Virus record (IMG/VR): IMGVR_UViG_3300005438_000006
Coordinates: 5,852 to 69,851 of that record
Direction: 5' to 3' (one strand)
DNA: 64,000 nt
Source of the DNA: a virus
Taxonomy: Duplodnaviria > Caudoviricetes
Shown here: piece after piece, positions 63,761-64,000 of the stretch
Layout of the letters: each line of letters begins with the position of its first letter
Position numbering within the stretch: position 1 is the stretch's first letter
The notes under the pieces: model-generated
Databases searched by the model: none
Told to the model about the DNA's origin: nothing
What the model saw: the letters and a program-made list of their open reading frames with translations, nothing else
Position numbers and translations under genes: made by a program

Positions 63761-64000
63761 CATGCCACCGCATCTTGACTCCGCAGAGCTAGTGACCCGC
63801 GCTGTGGCGGCCGAGGAGAGCCGCAAAGCTCGGATCAAGGCCGACCGCGCGGAGAATGAGGCGCGCATCCGCGAGCAAGTCGAACGCGACGCGCCGTCCT
63901 ACGTCACGGACGAAGACGCCGCCGAGCAGAGGCGCGGCGAACTGGAAGACTGGGGCAAGGAAAATCTTTCTCCAGAGGAGCTTTACCCCGAGCACTTTGG
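63761..64000 (+). CDS. 3'-truncated hypothetical protein
   Basis: GGAGG SD; open to the window end. Confidence 0.5.

Noticed and set aside
63900-64000. Window being a complete circular genome
   Set aside because: No terminal overlap with base 1 is visible, and both ends lie within apparently different ORFs.

Overview
High-GC tailed dsDNA phage with siphovirus-type gene content. The host is probably an actinobacterium, inferred from TANNNT leaderless promoters, Crp/GlxR-type boxes, the holin and M15 endolysin type, and rIIA/rIIB. Both window ends cut through ORFs. Plus strand, about 3.9-28 kb: DNA/RNA metabolism (metallophosphoesterase, SNF2 helicase, SSB-like protein, two DEDD exonucleases, AEP primase, AAA helicase, two HD hydrolases, dNMP kinase, RNA ligase, family-A DNA polymerase, RtcB, DNA ligase, HicA-like, RuvC-like, BCS1-like AAA). 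Minus strand, 28-53.8 kb: terminase, lysis, tail, head, portal and 13 decoding tRNAs. Plus strand, 54.3-64 kb: early-type genes including rIIA/rIIB. No integrase, CRISPR array, reverse transcriptase or transposase was seen. The most unusual features are non-coding: (1) an 84-nt RNA that looks like the tRNA-like domain of tmRNA with no tag-reading frame and has its own promoter; (2) two further tRNA-shaped RNAs with intact bodies but non-decoding anticodon arms; (3) six perfect TGTGA-N6-TCACA boxes, all exactly 37 nt upstream of a -10 hexamer (class II CRP geometry); (4) a promoter-like motif with TTGAC only 7 nt from the -10; (5) tRNA genes whose G1 lies at the predicted transcription start; (6) a strand-polar GAGCTATCC repeat. 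All protein calls come from motif recognition by eye, with no database search.
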